Shown here: piece after piece, positions 18,138 to 28,553 of the stretch
How positions within the stretch are numbered: position 1 is the first letter of the stretch
Layout: every line of letters begins with the position of its first letter
Origin: Opitutales bacterium
GTDB lineage: Bacteria; Verrucomicrobiota; Verrucomicrobiia; Opitutales; UBA953
DNA length: 31,446 bases
Reading direction: 5' to 3'
NCBI GenBank assembly: GCA_040398005.1
Contig: JBBAUX010000008.1
Span: 19,155-50,600, forward strand
Made by a program: the position numbers and the translations under genes
Notes under the pieces: generated by a model
Told to the model about the DNA's origin: nothing
What the model saw: only the letters and a program-made list of their open reading frames with translations
The model's database searches: none

Positions 18138-18821
18138 ATGGCTGAACTTTATCCGGTCAATGAAACCTTCTTGAGTTGGCAGGGTGAAGGTGTGCACATG
18201 GGACGAAAGGCTTTTTTTATCCGTCTGCAGGGCTGTCCGGTAAAATGTACTTGGTGCGATTCCGCTTCTACTTGGCATCCGCAATATGTCCCCAAAAATA
18301 TTCGCAAAGCTTCGGCGGATGAGTTGGCGAAAGAAGCAGGAGAAGCGAAACCTGATTTTGTGGTGCTCACGGGCGGAGAGCCTTGTGTGCATGATTTAGT
18401 TCCATTGGTGAATGCGTTGAAGGCAGCCAAACTTAACGTGCATCTGGAGACTTGTGGTGCCTATGAGATACCTGTGGGCTTGGACTGGGTTACCGTAAGT
18501 CCTAAGTGGGCCAAGTTGCCTGTGGCGGAGTCGTTGGCGAAGGCGCACGAGGTTAAGCTGATCATCGAGGCTGAGGACTCGGCTGAAAAGTGGACTGCTG
18601 CGGTGGGCGGTTGTTGGTCGGCTAAGAGTGTCTGGTTGCACCCCGAGTGGTCGCGTCGGGCTGATTCTTCGATTTTAAAGGCAATTACTGATTTTGTGAA
18701 AGCGAACGGTGCGCCTTACCGAGCTGGTTGGCAGGTGCATAAGCCTTACATGGCCGACTCCCTGGACGCTCGGGCACGTCCGCCATCTCCCTTGGGTGGC
18801 GACCCAGGTTTGGGTTTTTGA
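18138..18821 (+). CDS. queE: 7-carboxy-7-deazaguanine synthase (radical SAM)
   Basis: [21 protein letters not shown] (Cx3Cx2C), TGGEP, LET, VSPK, QVHK. Confidence 0.95.
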   Translation: MAELYPVNETFLSWQGEGVHMGRKAFFIRLQGCPVKCTWCDSASTWHPQYVPKNIRKASADELAKEAGEAKPDFVVLTGGEPCVHDLVPLVNALKAAKLNVHLETCGAYEIPVGLDWVTVSPKWAKLPVAESLAKAHEVKLIIEAEDSAEKWTAAVGGCWSAKSVWLHPEWSRRADSSILKAITDFVKANGAPYRAGWQVHKPYMADSLDARARPPSPLGGDPGLGF

Positions 18822-18877
18822 AAAATAATTTCTTTTTTGCTTCACTCCGAGGGCTATCCGCCTTTCAAAACGGACTC

Positions 18878-20038
18878 ATGAATCGCCACGCAGTTCTCGC
18901 TCTTGAAGATGGAACCATTCTTCGGGGTCGGGCTTTTGGGGCGGAGAAGACCTTATGCGGTGAAGTGGTTTTCAATACCAGCATGACGGGCTACCAAGAA
19001 ATCCTCACGGACCCCTCTTACTTTGGACAGATTGTGACGATGACGACTCCCCAGATTGGAAACTACGGAGTGAATGAAGATGATTTTGAATCGGCCCGCC
19101 CACACGTCGCCGGATTTGTCGTCCGTGAACTTTCGCCGATTGTTTCTAATTGGAGAGCGACCACGGATCTCAGCACCTGGCTCAAGAAATTTGGGATTCC
19201 TGGAATTGAAGGAATCGACACTCGTTCCTTAACTAAAAAACTTCGTTCCGCAGGTGTGATGAAAGCCTGTCTTTCGACGGAAGGTATTTCGGATGAAGAA
19301 GCGTTGAAACGTGCCCGTGCTTGGACGGGTACTATGGGGGCTGACTTCGTTAAAGAAGTTACCTGCAAGGCACCTTATAATTTTAATAAGACCGCGGGTG
19401 ATTGTAAGCCTTTCACCGTGGTCGGAACCCATTTAAATAAGCCTAAGATTAAGCCCGTGCAGTATCGCATCGCCGCTTATGACTTTGGTGCGAAGACCTC
19501 GATCTTCCGTCGCTTAGTTGACTCAGGCTTCGACGTACAAGTTTTCCCAGCGACTACGCCAGCATCGGAGATTCGTGCGTATAATCCTGACGGTGTATTT
19601 TTATCGAATGGCCCGGGAGATCCCGCAGCCTTGAAGTATGCGCACGAAGCAGTTTCGGATTTAATTAAGTCGTATCCCGTTTTTGGAATCTGTCTCGGAC
19701 ATCAAATCATCACGCATGCGATTGGTGCCTCAACTTACAAATTAAAGTTCGGACATCGTGGAGGAAATCAGCCCGTGAAGAATACCGAAGAAGGACGTGT
19801 TTCAATCACCGCACAGAATCACGGCTTCGCCTCTAAGCCAGAAGAGCTCGAGCGTTGTGGGGCGATTGTGACTGAAGTGAATTTGAATGACGGAACCGTT
19901 TCGGGATTACGCCTGAAAGATAAGCCAGTGTTTTCAGTGCAATATCACCCAGAGGCGGGGCCGGGTCCGAATGATGCGGACGTGTTATTTGATCACTTCT
20001 ACGATTTGATTGCGAAGAGCAAAGCGTCGAAGAAGTAA
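18878..20038 (+). CDS. carA: Carbamoyl-phosphate synthase small subunit
   Basis: [46 protein letters not shown]. Start set at ATG 18878. Confidence 0.97.
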   Translation: MNRHAVLALEDGTILRGRAFGAEKTLCGEVVFNTSMTGYQEILTDPSYFGQIVTMTTPQIGNYGVNEDDFESARPHVAGFVVRELSPIVSNWRATTDLSTWLKKFGIPGIEGIDTRSLTKKLRSAGVMKACLSTEGISDEEALKRARAWTGTMGADFVKEVTCKAPYNFNKTAGDCKPFTVVGTHLNKPKIKPVQYRIAAYDFGAKTSIFRRLVDSGFDVQVFPATTPASEIRAYNPDGVFLSNGPGDPAALKYAHEAVSDLIKSYPVFGICLGHQIITHAIGASTYKLKFGHRGGNQPVKNTEEGRVSITAQNHGFASKPEELERCGAIVTEVNLNDGTVSGLRLKDKPVFSVQYHPEAGPGPNDADVLFDHFYDLIAKSKASKK

Positions 20039-20040
20039 TC

Positions 20041-22092
20041 TTACAGTTCAACCTGCATACCTAGTTCAACGACACGACCAGGAGGGAGGTTGAAGTAAGC
20101 GGTGGCGGAAAGCGCGTTTCGATTAAGCACTTCGAATAACTTTTCTTGCACCGTGTTGAGTGAAATATTTCTTTCGGCGCGTACAATCGTTTCGCGACTC
20201 AGGAAGTAAGTGACTTCCATGGGGTTGGGATTAATTCCAAGCTCTTTGTAGGCGGCGTCGAGAATCGGGTAGATGTCTTGCTTTTCGCGGAAACCAAATC
20301 TTCCAGTAATTCTCATCACCGGAGGAAACTCGTTACGATTGCCCATTACGACGAACCCGAGGCCGTGCATGGTGATGCCCACGCGTTCGTCGCTTCTCAC
20401 ATAGGCGCGAGTGTCATCGACGGTGAGAGTGACGACGATAATGTGATCATGGAGGACTTTGTTGTGCTTAAGGTTGTGGGCAAGGGCCATGGGGACGGAG
20501 TTATTTCCGCCCGAGAGGTAGACGGCGGTGCCTTTGACGCGGCTCAGTTTGCCGACCTTGAATAGCTCTTCGACGCTCCCAATAAAGACTTTAAAGTCAT
20601 CGTTTTTGTCGGTTTCCGCGAGTTTACTGCGCATGGCGATACGACCTTTGTTCCAGACTGACATGATGTAATAGAGCACGAAGCCGACCGCGAGAGGGAG
20701 CCAACCATTCTCAAAAATTTTGGTAGCATTTCCACAGATAAAGAGAAGTTCCATTATTAAAATCGGAGAGACGATAATATAGGATGTGGCGATAGGAAAT
20801 TTCTTAATTTTATGTAGGTACTGGGCGTATAAAATGGTGGTGACGAGCATGGTACCGCATACCGAGATACCGTAAGCGCTCGCTAGGTTTTCGGATGATT
20901 TATATTGGAGTACCAAAAAGACCGATCCTGCTAGGAGTAACCAGTTCACTACGGGCAGGTAGATTTGTCCTGACTCTTGATCGGAGGTGTAGTTGATACG
21001 CATCCGCGGTAAGAAGTTTAATTGGATGGCTTGAACCGTGGTGGAAAAAGCACCGGCAATTAAAGCTTGGGAGGCGATGATTGCCGCAAGCGTGGCAATT
21101 ATTACGAGAGGAATTTGCGACCAAGCTGGGGCCATATTATAAAATGGATTATAGGAGCCGCTGAGAATGTGAGATTGATTAGCGATAGCCCAGGCACCTT
21201 GTCCGAGGTAATTTAAAATCAGGGCAGGGAAGACGATGAAATACCACCCAGCGCGTATCGGATTTTGTCCGAAGTGTCCCATGTCAGCATACAGTGCTTC
21301 CGCGCCAGTAACGGCCAAGAAAACCGCCCCAAGAACCACAATTCCGACTCCTGGGTTAGTTACTAAGAAATCGAGAGCGACCAATGGATTGAAAGCTTCG
21401 TAAACTACGAGTGCTTGTTGGTGGTGCTCGTAGAGTGAATTAATTCCAGTGGCGGCAATAACCCCGAACCACACGAGAGTGATTGGTCCGAAATACATAC
21501 CGACTTTTCCGGAGCCACGCTTCTGGATAGTAAAAACACCGATTAAAATGATGACTGCGGTGACCGGAATAAAATAGCGAATGAGACCCGCGCTTGAGGT
21601 GGTTTGTTCTTTAACACCTTCGAGTGCGGATAAAACCGAGATGGCTGGAGTGATTACACCGTCGCCAAATAACAATGCGGTTCCAAAAACGCCTAGTAAG
21701 ACGAGGACATTACGATGCTTGGGTTTATTACTTGGATTATCTATCGTCGGCTTAGTTTTTTCTTCGTCGCTATTTTTGGATGCGAGTGAGACGAGGGTCA
21801 TGATGCCTCCTTCACCGTCATCATTGGCTTCCATCATAAACAAGACATATTTTATCGTTACGACGAGGATGAGTGACCAAATAATGAGTGAGAGTGCGGG
21901 AACGATGACTTGAACGGGCGTAGCACCCTCGTGCAGGCCATTCCGGATACATTCACGAAACGCGTAGAGTGGACTGGTTCCAATATCACCGAAAACAACC
22001 CCCAGCGCCGTGATCGTTGAAGCCAGCGTAACTCGCTGAATAGTTGATGAAGAGGACGGTTGAGCCGTTGCCTCCGGTTTGGCTTCTTTCAT
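20041..22092 (-). CDS. kup: KUP/HAK/KT potassium transporter
   Basis: LGVVFGDIGTSPLY, GDGVITPAISVLSALEG, TGAEALYADMGHFG, GQIYLP.VNW. Confidence 0.96.
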   Translation of the reverse strand: MKEAKPEATAQPSSSSTIQRVTLASTITALGVVFGDIGTSPLYAFRECIRNGLHEGATPVQVIVPALSLIIWSLILVVTIKYVLFMMEANDDGEGGIMTLVSLASKNSDEEKTKPTIDNPSNKPKHRNVLVLLGVFGTALLFGDGVITPAISVLSALEGVKEQTTSSAGLIRYFIPVTAVIILIGVFTIQKRGSGKVGMYFGPITLVWFGVIAATGINSLYEHHQQALVVYEAFNPLVALDFLVTNPGVGIVVLGAVFLAVTGAEALYADMGHFGQNPIRAGWYFIVFPALILNYLGQGAWAIANQSHILSGSYNPFYNMAPAWSQIPLVIIATLAAIIASQALIAGAFSTTVQAIQLNFLPRMRINYTSDQESGQIYLPVVNWLLLAGSVFLVLQYKSSENLASAYGISVCGTMLVTTILYAQYLHKIKKFPIATSYIIVSPILIMELLFICGNATKIFENGWLPLAVGFVLYYIMSVWNKGRIAMRSKLAETDKNDDFKVFIGSVEELFKVGKLSRVKGTAVYLSGGNNSVPMALAHNLKHNKVLHDHIIVVTLTVDDTRAYVRSDERVGITMHGLGFVVMGNRNEFPPVMRITGRFGFREKQDIYPILDAAYKELGINPNPMEVTYFLSRETIVRAERNISLNTVQEKLFEVLNRNALSATAYFNLPPGRVVELGMQVEL

Positions 22093-22228
22093 GGAATTGA
22101 GTTATAAACATTGGGGCATTTTTCCCAGTAAAGCAAAACCAATCCAAGCAGCTGGGGCTTGCCTTTTTGTCACACTTCGGCAATTAAGGGGTTTCCTCCT
22201 TCATTTAACCCCTTTCCAATAAATAACT

Positions 22229-22579
22229 ATGCAAACCATCCCTCACGCTCTGTTCTCCTATATAGCGGAAGCCGCACCCGCCGCACCTGCGGATGCACCG
22301 GCCAATCCGTTTTTTCCCCTAATCGGGTATGCATTGCTTTTTGCAGCGATGTATTTCTTCCTTTTTGCTCCCGCTCGTAAGGCGCAAAAGGAACGCGAAA
22401 AACTTCAATCTCAGTTAGAGGTTGGTCAGGAGATCATGACGTCCACCGGAATTTACGGACGCATCACCCAGATCACTGATTCGCGTGTCACCATCGAGTT
22501 AGACAGTGGTAAGATGACAATTCATAAAAGTTCCGTTGCGGGTTTAGCATCGGATGACTCCAAAGCAATTTCGGCCTAA
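22229..22579 (+). CDS. yajC: Preprotein translocase subunit YajC
   Basis: Single TM ending MYFFLFAP.RK.QK, then GQEIMTSTGIYG; directly upstream of secDF. Confidence 0.9.
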   Translation: MQTIPHALFSYIAEAAPAAPADAPANPFFPLIGYALLFAAMYFFLFAPARKAQKEREKLQSQLEVGQEIMTSTGIYGRITQITDSRVTIELDSGKMTIHKSSVAGLASDDSKAISA

Positions 22580-22599
22580 CCTTTAATTATAAAAATATT

Positions 22600-25305
22600 A
22601 TGTTATCCAGGACCTGGTTCTGGAAGGTTGGCGTCTCATTGGTTGCACTGGCATGTGCTGTTTATGAGTTCTATCCAATCGCTCCAACACCGCTCGAAGA
22701 CTTTGCTCCCGCGCAAGTAATCAACCAATCCGCTGAATTTGCCAAAATTCACCAAGAGGCCAAAACGCGCGTAGCGAATAGTAAAATAAGCACAGTCGCT
22801 GCCGACCAAAAAGCCGTTTCCTACTATCAAGCGCTGCGCGATATTGGAGAAGGTAAGGGTCGTCCAACTCCTGTGGATTTGCGTCCTTTCTTTTTCGATG
22901 AGAAAGATTTCATCCGCGAGCCTGATCAAAATAAAAGAAATATTATCGTACTCAAGCAGCTCTTATTACGCTCTCAAGGTCGCTTGAAACTAGGTTTAGA
23001 TTTACAAGGGGGTGTTTCATTTACCTTGAAGGTTGATCCGACGGGTACGGAGACAGGAGGAAAATCCTCGAAAGATACTTCGAATGTTTCTCATGCAGAA
23101 ATGGTCAACCAAGCAGTCCAAGTGATGGAGCAGCGGGTCAATCAGTTTGGTGTTGCGGAGCCCGTCTTACGTCCGGTGGGTGATTTATCTCTAGAAATCC
23201 AACTTCCTGGTGAAGACGCCGCCAATAATCCCGATGTGATTGATGCGCTGAAGAAACCAGCGAAACTTGAGTTTAGACAGGTGTATCGTGGGCGCCGTCC
23301 GATGGATGATGAACGCGAGCGTTCGACGAAATCACTTGAAGACGAAAGTGGCGCGACCGCAGTTTATGAAGTGTTAACCGAGCGTAATGTTGACCGACGC
23401 ACGGGTGAGACCCGGGTTTCTAAATATTATGTACGCAAACGTGCCGATGCTACGGGTGCGATTATCAAATCATCTTCAGCACGTTCCGATGATGGGATGT
23501 CGTTCTACGTCGACATGAAGTTCACCAATGAAGGTTCGCAGAAGTTTGGCGATTTAACGGCAAAAATTTCCGAAGCTAATGGACGCACCAACTCACTCGG
23601 ACAATTAGCGGTCGTCCTCGATGGCGTGTTGCAGTCTGCACCAACCGTAAGAGAAGCCATTCGCAGTAGCGGTGCGTCCATTACTGGTTCGTTCACTCGC
23701 GAAGAAGCGATCAACCTCTCTAATGTTTTAAACAATCCGTTGGAGTTCCCGTTAATCACGCAAGACGTAACCTCGGTGGGTCCGTCATTAGCGAAAGACG
23801 CGCAGGATAAATCCGTTGTCGCGTCCGCCGTCGCCGTAGGTCTGGTCATTTTATTCATGGTCGGGTTTTACGTCTGGGGCGGCTTCATCGCGGTAATCGG
23901 TATGGTACTGAATTTATTCCTGATGCTGGGTGCCATGGCTTATCTGGGAGCCACCATTACCTTACCGGGTGTGGCTGCCTTGGTCTTAACTCTGGGTATG
24001 GCCGTAGATGCTAACATTTTAATTCTCGAACGTGTTCGTGAAGAAGCGCGCGTGGGCAAAGATCGCGCGGCCTCACTTCGCGAAGGATACAATCGAGCGA
24101 TGTGGACAATCGTGGATGCCAATCTCACTCACTTGTTGGTAGCCGTTATTCTGGTATTCATGGGCACCGGTCCCGTTCGTGGATTTGGTATTACCCTGAT
24201 TATTGGTATCTTCACCACACTCTTTACTACCTTGGTAACCTGCCGAGGTATTCAAGAACTTGCCCTAGAGAAGGGGATCATGAGTCGTATGTTTGGACTC
24301 CCCGTATTTAAACACACCCTGAATATTCAGTTCTTAAAGTATGCTCGCGTAGCCTTTATTGTTTCTTGGCTGATCATTGCGCTCGGTATTAGCGAACTCG
24401 CCTATAAAGGAAAAGATGCCTTTGGTAAGGACTTCCGTGGCGGTGAATCCACGATGATTGCCCTTAATGATAACGTCAAAGTAGATACGAATAAGGTGTT
24501 ACAGCTCGCCACTTCTGCGGGTCTACCAGACACCACGGTAACTGTTCAGAAGCCGATTGGTGGAGGTGAGACACGACTGCGTATTGAAACTGAATTATCC
24601 AAGGATCACGGAAAACCCGACTTTGCTAATTTAGTGGTAATTGTTGATCAGATTAAGAAAGACTATCCGCAAATTTTAAAAGATTCTCAAGCTCCTACGG
24701 ATAAAATCTTATTAGTGCGAGAAGCAATCGGCGGATCGGTCAGTAATGAATTACGTTTCAATGCGATAATCTCAGTCATTTTAGCACTGCTCGGTATCGG
24801 TATTTACGTGTCGCTCCGATTCGAGACTGGATTCGGTATCGCGGCATTTGTGGCAACGCTGCACGACGTCCTCATGACGGTCGCGCTATTCGTCTTCTTT
24901 GGTGGACAGTTTAATGCCGCACTGATTGCCGCTATCCTATTAATCATCGGTTATTCAGTGAACGATACCATCGTCGTCTTCGACCGTATCCGCGAAGAGT
25001 TAGAGAATAACCCGAGCCGTTCGTTGAGCGATGTTATCCACTTCGCGATTAACCGAACGATGTCACGGACGATTCTTACTTCATCCACCGTCTTCCTGTG
25101 TGCGGTTGCCTTGTGGGCATTTGGCGCAGGTGATGTTCGTCTTTACGGCGAAGTTTTCATCTACGGTGTGTTAACGGGAACCTTCTCGTCTATTTTCATC
25201 GCAAGTCCGATTTTCTATTGGTGGCACAAGGGTGAGCGCAAAGGTGTAGATTCAGCGGAACGCCCTCGTAGCTATTCATGGGAGGCCGGATCTGACGCCA
25301 AGTAA
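22600..25305 (+). CDS. secDF: Protein translocase subunit SecDF (fused)
   Basis: LGLDLQGG, GMAVDANILILER.REE (SecD); GKDFRGG, HDV, IGYSVNDTIVVFDRIRE (SecF) in one ORF. Confidence 0.96.
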   Translation: MLSRTWFWKVGVSLVALACAVYEFYPIAPTPLEDFAPAQVINQSAEFAKIHQEAKTRVANSKISTVAADQKAVSYYQALRDIGEGKGRPTPVDLRPFFFDEKDFIREPDQNKRNIIVLKQLLLRSQGRLKLGLDLQGGVSFTLKVDPTGTETGGKSSKDTSNVSHAEMVNQAVQVMEQRVNQFGVAEPVLRPVGDLSLEIQLPGEDAANNPDVIDALKKPAKLEFRQVYRGRRPMDDERERSTKSLEDESGATAVYEVLTERNVDRRTGETRVSKYYVRKRADATGAIIKSSSARSDDGMSFYVDMKFTNEGSQKFGDLTAKISEANGRTNSLGQLAVVLDGVLQSAPTVREAIRSSGASITGSFTREEAINLSNVLNNPLEFPLITQDVTSVGPSLAKDAQDKSVVASAVAVGLVILFMVGFYVWGGFIAVIGMVLNLFLMLGAMAYLGATITLPGVAALVLTLGMAVDANILILERVREEARVGKDRAASLREGYNRAMWTIVDANLTHLLVAVILVFMGTGPVRGFGITLIIGIFTTLFTTLVTCRGIQELALEKGIMSRMFGLPVFKHTLNIQFLKYARVAFIVSWLIIALGISELAYKGKDAFGKDFRGGESTMIALNDNVKVDTNKVLQLATSAGLPDTTVTVQKPIGGGETRLRIETELSKDHGKPDFANLVVIVDQIKKDYPQILKDSQAPTDKILLVREAIGGSVSNELRFNAIISVILALLGIGIYVSLRFETGFGIAAFVATLHDVLMTVALFVFFGGQFNAALIAAILLIIGYSVNDTIVVFDRIREELENNPSRSLSDVIHFAINRTMSRTILTSSTVFLCAVALWAFGAGDVRLYGEVFIYGVLTGTFSSIFIASPIFYWWHKGERKGVDSAERPRSYSWEAGSDAK

Positions 25306-25312
25306 AACTGTT

Positions 25313-27025
25313 ATGGCCGCATGGTTATATCGAGCCGCAGACGGTGGGTTGGCCCAACGTATTGCATCCAGTTCGGGGATCGCTGAACCCCTTGCTCATG
25401 TTTTAGCACGAATGTTTACGGATGAGGCGCAGGCTGAACAACATTTACGCCCGCAACTTTCTCAAGTGTCCGACCCGTTTGCGGTCGGTAATCTACGGGT
25501 TGCCGCGGAAAGAATTCTCATAGCTGTCAGTCAAAAACAACGTATCGCCATTTTAGGTGATTACGATGTGGATGGAGTTTCGAGCACAGCGATGTTGGTC
25601 CATCTTCTTCGCCGTCTGGGCGCAGAACCAGCGGCTTTTGTTCCTCGCCGACTAGAAGAAGGCTATGGTCTAACCATGGCAGCACTCGAACGTGTTATGA
25701 AAGAAGCGCAGCCGCAATTATTTATTGCTCTAGATTGTGGTACTAACTCGGTTTCGGAGATTGAGTTTTTAAAAGCGAACGGCGTGGAAGTTATCGTCGT
25801 CGATCACCACGTTGCTAAGTCCGCACCAGCCAACTGTCTTTTGGTTAATCCACGCGTGAATGACGATGCCGAAGCTCCCTGGCAAACGCTGTGTACGGCA
25901 GGATTAGTTTTTAAATTAATTCACGGAATATTAAAAGTATTAAGACTAGCAGGTGATCCACGCGGTACCCATATCGCAGTCAAAGAGTATCTTGATTTGG
26001 CGGCTTTGGGGACGATTGCGGACTTAGTTCCTTTACTCACGGAAAATCGAATCATTGCCGCCCATGGTCTGCGGGCTTTGAGCGAAGCGAAACGTCCCGG
26101 CGTTCGAGCTTTAATTTCAGTGAGTGGCATGGAACCAGGGGCCACGTTAAGTTCGGTCGATGTCTCTTATCGCATTGGACCGAGAATAAATGCCAGTGGA
26201 CGATTAGCCGATGCTTCATTGCCATTGAATTTGTTGCTCGCGGAAACCGTTGAAGATTCTGAACGTGATGCTGAGTTGCTCGATCTAATTAATCGTGAAA
26301 GACAGGAGATTGATAAACGCGTAACCGATGATGCCACCGTGCAGGCGAAATCGATGGGGGAGCAAGAGGGCTATGTTTTATTTGGCGACTGGCATCCCGG
26401 CGTCGTGGGTATTGCGGCGGGCAAGATTTGTCGGGCCTTGGATCGCCCAGTGATTGTCCTAGGAAAAGAAGGCGAAATTGCTAAAGGGTCGGGCCGCAGT
26501 ATTCCGGGAGTCAATTTAGTAGAGGCGCTCAATTCCTGTGCCGAGATTTTAAAAACTTACGGCGGCCACCCGATGGCTGTGGGTATTTCACTCGCTACAT
26601 CTGACGTGGAACTCTTTCGTGCGAAGTTTACAGCGGCGGTGGCCTTACAAAAGAAAAGTACAAATCTGGTTACCGACAGTCGCGATTTAGATATCACACA
26701 TTGGATAAAATTAAACGAGATCAACGAAGGGTTGTTGGATGATATGGAATTACTCCAACCTTATGGAGAGTCGAATAGTGAGCCCGTTTTTGGGGTGAGG
26801 GGATTTGTTTTTGATAAACCGCCCACTCAGTTTGGAGAAGGAAACATAAGATTTCAGATCTCACTCTCCGCTCAGCGTCGCCTCGGTTTTATCGCCTGGA
26901 GAATGAGCAGTCGAATCCCTGAGATCGGCAAATCGGTCGATTTAGCAGTCAAACTCGCGTGGAATCGTTGGCAGGGTCGCAAGAGTATTCAGGTTGAAAT
27001 TGTTGACTGGCGCTATTCAGCCTAA
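25313..27025 (+). CDS. recJ: Single-stranded-DNA exonuclease RecJ
   Basis: GDYDVDG, EGYG, DCGT, VDHH, GTIADLVPL, PRINASGR, GSGRS, GGHPMA. Confidence 0.96.
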   Translation: MAAWLYRAADGGLAQRIASSSGIAEPLAHVLARMFTDEAQAEQHLRPQLSQVSDPFAVGNLRVAAERILIAVSQKQRIAILGDYDVDGVSSTAMLVHLLRRLGAEPAAFVPRRLEEGYGLTMAALERVMKEAQPQLFIALDCGTNSVSEIEFLKANGVEVIVVDHHVAKSAPANCLLVNPRVNDDAEAPWQTLCTAGLVFKLIHGILKVLRLAGDPRGTHIAVKEYLDLAALGTIADLVPLLTENRIIAAHGLRALSEAKRPGVRALISVSGMEPGATLSSVDVSYRIGPRINASGRLADASLPLNLLLAETVEDSERDAELLDLINRERQEIDKRVTDDATVQAKSMGEQEGYVLFGDWHPGVVGIAAGKICRALDRPVIVLGKEGEIAKGSGRSIPGVNLVEALNSCAEILKTYGGHPMAVGISLATSDVELFRAKFTAAVALQKKSTNLVTDSRDLDITHWIKLNEINEGLLDDMELLQPYGESNSEPVFGVRGFVFDKPPTQFGEGNIRFQISLSAQRRLGFIAWRMSSRIPEIGKSVDLAVKLAWNRWQGRKSIQVEIVDWRYSA

Positions 27026-27073
27026 GAAATCTTGAAACCTTCAGTGTTTTTACCTGTAATCATTCATACCCCT

Positions 27074-28012
27074 ATGACGAAATTTTTAACTCTATTATTA
27101 ATTTGTTCTTCTGCCTTGGTGGCCGCCGACCCGCCCCAGCGTAAATTGCTCTTCTTCACCAAATCAAGTGGTTATGAGCACGTGGTGATTTCATGGAAAG
27201 ATGGAGCCCCCAGTTTCGCCGAAAAAGAATTACTGAAACTAGGTGAAGAAAATAACTGGAAATTTGAATTCTCCAAAGATGGCTCAAAATTTTCTCCCGA
27301 ATATTTAGCCCAGTTTGATGCTTTAGTTTTTTATACCACCGGCGATTTATGTGATAAAGGTAAGGACGGTAATCCACCGATGTCCGCCGCGGGCAAACAA
27401 GCTCTTTTCGACTATGTAAAAGCGGGTAAGGGTTTTGTGGGAGTTCACTCTGCCTCTGATACTTTCCATACAGATAATGAAGCAGACAAGGGCCCTGAGC
27501 GTTATGTAAATCACTGCGAAAAAGCTGATTCCTATGTCCACTTTTTGGGCGCAGAATTTATTATTCACGGAAAGCAACAAGAGGCGAAGAATAGTGTGAT
27601 CGATCCCAAGTTCCCGGGATTTGAAAAGGTCGGCGAGTCATTCACCTTCACTGAAGAGTGGTATTCTTTGAAAGACTTTAAGGACGATATCCATGTTCTT
27701 ACGGTTATCGACTCACCTAAGATGGAAGGCACCATGTACGAGCGTCCCGCTTATCCTAATTGCTGGGCTCGTGCCGAGGGTAAGGGACGAGTTTTCTATA
27801 CTGCTATGGGGCACCGCGAAGACGTTTGGACGAACCCTATTTTCCGTCAGATCTTAGTCGGTGGTATTAAATTCGCCACGGGTGATGCACCTGCTGACGT
27901 AACACCTAATTTAAAGAAGGCTGCACCAGGTTCCGAACAAAATCCAAAATACGTTCCACAGCCAGTGAAGAAAGTAGCTCCAGTTCCTGCGGCTACTCCG
28001 GCTAAAAATTAA
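27074..28012 (+). CDS. Secreted ThuA-domain protein
   Basis: Signal peptide; FFTKSSGYEH, GKGFVGVHSASD, EEWY, GRVFYTAMGH; Pro/Ala/Lys-rich tail. Start set at ATG 27074. Confidence 0.82.
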   Translation: MTKFLTLLLICSSALVAADPPQRKLLFFTKSSGYEHVVISWKDGAPSFAEKELLKLGEENNWKFEFSKDGSKFSPEYLAQFDALVFYTTGDLCDKGKDGNPPMSAAGKQALFDYVKAGKGFVGVHSASDTFHTDNEADKGPERYVNHCEKADSYVHFLGAEFIIHGKQQEAKNSVIDPKFPGFEKVGESFTFTEEWYSLKDFKDDIHVLTVIDSPKMEGTMYERPAYPNCWARAEGKGRVFYTAMGHREDVWTNPIFRQILVGGIKFATGDAPADVTPNLKKAAPGSEQNPKYVPQPVKKVAPVPAATPAKN

Positions 28013-28458
28013 GAGTGTTTCTTAATTTCTAGATACTCGGACATCTCAACGGGAGTGACGGACAGTCGATTACCTGGACGCAAAATCAGCATCGTGCGTA
28101 ACTTCTTATTTTCCCGAATCTGCGGGAGGGTTAGCACGTTTTTAAATTTTTCAACGAAGGAGACCTCAATACAGCTCCATCGTGGATTGAGCTTGTCTGA
28201 TTTGGCGTCATAATAATCTGACTTCGGTTCGAATTGAGTGGGGTCGGTGAAAGCGATTTTGGAAACTCTGGCTAAGCCCACGATTCCAGGTTCAGCGCAA
28301 TTGGAATGATAAAAGAGTACCGCGTCATCTACCTTTGCCGCTCTCATGAAATTGCGGGCTTGGTAATTACGCACACCCGTCCACGGCTCTTTTTTGCGTT
28401 TCAGTAAATCGTCGATGGAGAACTCATCGGGTTCCGATTTCATAAGCCAAATCTTCAT
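28009..28458 (-). CDS. EVE-domain protein
   Basis: WLMKSEP, WTGVRNYQARNFM, FYHS, DPTQF, RLSVTPV. Confidence 0.93.
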   Translation of the reverse strand: MKIWLMKSEPDEFSIDDLLKRKKEPWTGVRNYQARNFMRAAKVDDAVLFYHSNCAEPGIVGLARVSKIAFTDPTQFEPKSDYYDAKSDKLNPRWSCIEVSFVEKFKNVLTLPQIRENKKLRTMLILRPGNRLSVTPVEMSEYLEIKKHS

Positions 28459-28553
28459 GCTTTGATAACTGGCAGATTATGCCTGATGACAAGTTTTGAA
28501 AAATAATTTTACTATCGTTGCACTTTCTCGATTACTAAATTAGTTAAATAACA

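Noticed and set aside
18878..20038. carA without adjacent carB, and trpG without trpE/pabB
   Set aside because: Split operons are common; the partners are probably elsewhere in the genome.
22600..25305. SecD-SecF fusion as a novelty
   Set aside because: Fused SecDF is well known in many phyla.
15371..28458. queCDE + EVE + TatD + RecJ as a 7-deazaguanine DNA-modification or Qat-like defence system
   Set aside because: No DpdA/TGT-like gene, ATPase or nuclease fusion; QueC is the canonical short form; the genes are far apart among housekeeping loci.
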